A DNA stretch of 47,058 bases from a virus (lineage: Duplodnaviria > Caudoviricetes), in the IMG/VR virus record IMGVR_UViG_3300005805_000138, positions 1 to 47,058 of that record; one strand, written 5' to 3'. Below are positions 45,040 to 47,058 of the stretch, piece after piece (the first letter of the stretch is position 1; the number at the start of each line of letters is the position of its first letter). The position numbers and the translations under genes were made by a program. Under the pieces are notes generated by a model. It had not been told where the DNA came from. It saw nothing but the letters and a program-made list of their open reading frames with translations, and did no database searches.

Positions 45040-45044
45040 ACCTC

Positions 45045-45317
45045 CTAGCATGTATAGTTACTGAGGACGTTATCGACAGCATCGTGGTCTACGCTATCGT
45101 CAAGAATCCATCTGATAGCAGCGTGATGACTGGCAAATACCAAGCGCATATCACCAACGGCAGTTGCGCTAGTCACAACGCAACCATCTACGTAGTACTG
45201 ATAAACCAATTGACCATCGTCATAACGAGCAATCTGAGTGATGTTGCCATCACCGTCGTAATGGGTAGTTGTACCGTTCTTGGGATGTATAGTTGTAAAC
45301 AAATCAGCGAAAGACAT
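45045..45317 (-). CDS. Small early protein
   Basis: GAGGT RBS; 90 aa. Confidence 0.55.
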   Translation of the reverse strand: MSFADLFTTIHPKNGTTTHYDGDGNITQIARYDDGQLVYQYYVDGCVVTSATAVGDMRLVFASHHAAIRWILDDSVDHDAVDNVLSNYTC

Positions 45318-45331
45318 GATTACACCTCGGG

Positions 45332-45358
45332 AAAAAGGGGGGCAGGATTACCTGCCCC
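45332..45358 (-). terminator. Intrinsic terminator
   Basis: GGGGCAGG-TAAT-CCTGCCCC followed by CCTTTTT on the - strand. Confidence 0.7.
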
Positions 45359-45371
45359 AAACGCCTAGCAA

Positions 45372-45659
45372 TTAAGCCAACTTAGTAACCTTGATCACAG
45401 GGCCAGCAACCTTCTGTTGTGGAAGCAGAGCCAGATACGGATTACCCCAACGGTCAGCCATAAGCACTGGTGTATCACCGGCAGCCTCAGGCTTGAACAC
45501 TCGGGGTGTCAACTCGTTGTCCTTAGCGACTTTGACAAGAGTTGTGTAAAGTTCTGCTGCAGTTTCAAATGTAAACTGGCCATTGGGATCAGCCTTTACA
45601 ACAGCCTCACCCTTGGTGTTTGCGAAGATAGAAACTTGACCTTTGTAAATCTTAGCCAT
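45372..45659 (-). CDS. Early protein, paralog A (95 aa)
   Basis: TAAGGAG RBS; paralogous to 46580-46876. Confidence 0.8.
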   Translation of the reverse strand: MAKIYKGQVSIFANTKGEAVVKADPNGQFTFETAAELYTTLVKVAKDNELTPRVFKPEAAGDTPVLMADRWGNPYLALLPQQKVAGPVIKVTKLA

Positions 45660-45709
45660 GTGTAGACTCCTTAGAAAAGGTTGTATACGTCCCAAATCGG
45701 GACACCCCC

Positions 45710-45738
45710 AGCCTCGCCGCGCCGCCGCCGAGCGTCAA
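45710..45738 (-). promoter_or_regulatory. Sigma70-type early promoter
   Basis: TTGACG-N17-GAGGCT; the -35 context is identical (15 bp) to the promoter at 46949-46977. Confidence 0.6.
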
Positions 45739-45774
45739 GTACGCCCCCCAGACCCCCAAAAATCTATAAACTGA

Positions 45775-46250
45775 GATACGATCTATGTAAAGTTAGTGTC
45801 GTAGATCAAATATTTAGATCGTAAAACCGGTAATAAAATCAAACACTTACGGACAACGATCTAAATAATCTACGTTTTTGAAGGTAATGTGGCGCTACAA
45901 TTGTGGGGCGTTGCTATACAACTTTACATGTAAAGTATCAAGTATAAAAACTGTAAAAGGGTAGTAGGTGATTACTTTAAAAACGTAGATTATTTAGATT
46001 ATTTATATCAATCTTTTCAGTCAGTATCTGGATTCCCCCATGGAATCAAGCACTTACAGAACTTTACATGTAAAGTAAGGTCACGATCTAAAACGCCCAA
46101 CATCAAAGAAATAAAATAGATCGTTAGATTGTTGTTATAAATCAAGCACTTACGAAACTTTACACCAGGCAGTTAACCACAACTTTACAATCGCGCGATT
46201 TAAAGGGCGAGCCGTGACCCCCCGACGTATAGGAGCTAAGACTTTACAAA
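45775..46250. repeat. AT-rich non-coding region with palindromes, inverted repeats and IHF-consensus sites (candidate origin or packaging region)
   Basis: ACTTTACATGTAAAGT at 45921 and 46061; 21-bp inverted repeat 45859-45879/45979-45999; WATCAANNNNTTR at 45837, 46044 and 46140. Confidence 0.75.
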
Positions 46251-46279
46251 AACGCCACGCGTGTGGCTGCATACAGGCA

Positions 46280-46308
46280 ATAAAAAACCCGCCGGGTTAG
46301 GGCGGGTT
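46280..46308 (-). terminator. Intrinsic terminator
   Basis: AACCCGCC-CTAACCC-GGCGGGTT followed by TTTTATT on the - strand. Confidence 0.8.
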
Positions 46309-46313
46309 AGTGG

Positions 46314-46520
46314 TTAGACAAATTCTTTAACTTTGATTTTTTCCAAAGTATCAACTTTCACGAAAACTGCACCACTAATCGTCGGTGCAAGCACTGCCCT
46401 GCAGGTGCTGTTCGGCCCTTTCACACTCTTGATTGTGAATCCTGAGAGCGTGCCGTTTTCGTTCACCATAGAAGCCGTCATCTTTACGGTGATGGTCACC
46501 GGTTTGATCAACCTTTTCAT
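46314..46520 (-). CDS. Small early protein
   Basis: GAGGA RBS; 68 aa, beta-rich; followed by a terminator. Confidence 0.65.
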   Translation of the reverse strand: MKRLIKPVTITVKMTASMVNENGTLSGFTIKSVKGPNSTCRAVLAPTISGAVFVKVDTLEKIKVKEFV

Positions 46521-46533
46521 TGTCGTTCCTCTT

Positions 46534-46566
46534 AAAAGATCCGGCAGGTTGGAAGTCCCTGCCGGA
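46534..46566 (-). terminator. Probable intrinsic terminator
   Basis: 9-bp stem TCCGGCAGG/CCTGCCGGA followed by TCTTTT on the - strand. Confidence 0.55.
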
Positions 46567-46579
46567 GTGAGTGGCTACA

Positions 46580-46876
46580 TCAGGCTAACTTGGTCACCTT
46601 CGCTTTCGGGCTTGAGCCGTCTCGCTTGGGCAGTAGCGCGATGTAGGGGTTGCCGTATCGGTTGGCGAGGAGCACTGGTTCCGTACCGTTGTCTGCTTTC
46701 CAGAAACTGTACTGGTTGATGCCAGTATTTCGCTGCTTCGAGAGCTCCATCAACTTCGTGTAGAGTTGGGGAGCCTGACTCGCGTCCCATGCACCTTCGG
46801 AATCTCGCTTTAGGGCGATCTCACCCTTGGTGTTAAGGACGACCGATACCTTTCCTTCAAACGTCTTGCTAGACAT
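46580..46876 (-). CDS. Early protein, paralog B (98 aa)
   Basis: AAGGT RBS before MSSKTF; paralogous to 45372-45659. Confidence 0.8.
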   Translation of the reverse strand: MSSKTFEGKVSVVLNTKGEIALKRDSEGAWDASQAPQLYTKLMELSKQRNTGINQYSFWKADNGTEPVLLANRYGNPYIALLPKRDGSSPKAKVTKLA

Positions 46877-46948
46877 TGTTATTACCTTCTTGTTAAACAA
46901 CCCCAGAACCGCTGGGGCTCCGGCGTCGGCATCGCTGCCGACAAATCC

Positions 46949-46977
46949 AGACTGGCTCGGGGCGGGGCGAGCGTCAA
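46949..46977 (-). promoter_or_regulatory. Sigma70-type early promoter
   Basis: TTGACG-N17-CAGTCT followed by 5'-leader hairpins (46925-46942, 46901-46917). Confidence 0.6.
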
Positions 46978-47009
46978 GTACGGCCGTCGTGGGGGTCGCG
47001 GATGATGAA

Positions 47010-47056
47010 GCGCGTGATGCGCGTGTGCGTCAGGCGTGTGCGTGTGTGCGTGCGCG
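47010..47056. repeat. Alternating purine-pyrimidine (GC/GT) low-complexity tract
   Basis: GCGCGTGATGCGCGTGTGCGTCAGGCGTGTGCGTGTGTGCGTGCGCG. Confidence 0.6.
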
Positions 47057-47058
47057 AT

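Noticed and set aside
45775-46250. Possible CRISPR array or protelomerase target
   Set aside because: The repeats are short, irregularly spaced and in mixed orientation, and no cas or protelomerase gene is in the window. The Cas4-like nuclease is an ordinary phage replication-module gene.
46294-46317. Telomere-like GGTTAG repeats
   Set aside because: There are only three imperfect copies, explained by the terminator stem-loop and the adjacent stop codon region.
1-47058. tRNA genes, introns, inteins or stop-codon recoding
   Set aside because: I noticed no cloverleaf in the short intergenic gaps. Polymerase and helicases are uninterrupted and of normal length, and genes pack tightly under the standard code. 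This was checked by eye only.

Overview
This window is most of a tailed dsDNA phage genome with a podovirus-like layout. Terminase, portal and major capsid genes are not present; they probably lie outside the window, since base 1 is already inside a structural gene. The + strand (1-27651) is the late module: a fibre/decoration gene, a cluster of tiny Lys/Arg-rich proteins interrupted by an endonuclease VII-type nuclease, two head-tail adaptor-like genes, two beta-helix tailspikes, a third fibre with two small followers, a nozzle-like tail protein, ejection proteins (one with a GH108 lysozyme domain and one of 2715 aa), holin and endolysin. The - strand (27648-46876) is the early/replication module: primase-helicase, SSB-like protein, SNF2 helicase, VRR-NUC, PD-(D/E)XK nuclease, family A DNA polymerase, a MoxR-like AAA/vWA-metallopeptidase set and many small genes. 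Four observations stand out. (1) A 55-aa basic gene with its own Shine-Dalgarno site is nested in the +1 frame of the 2715-aa gene. (2) Three kinds of triply repeated short peptide motifs in tail hub proteins match in number three kinds of fibre N-termini, suggesting a peptide docking code for trimeric fibres. (3) A symmetric AT-rich non-coding element carries IHF-consensus sites and palindromic repeats. (4) That element is flanked by a duplicated promoter-gene-terminator cassette. Family names come from motif recognition only; no database search was run.
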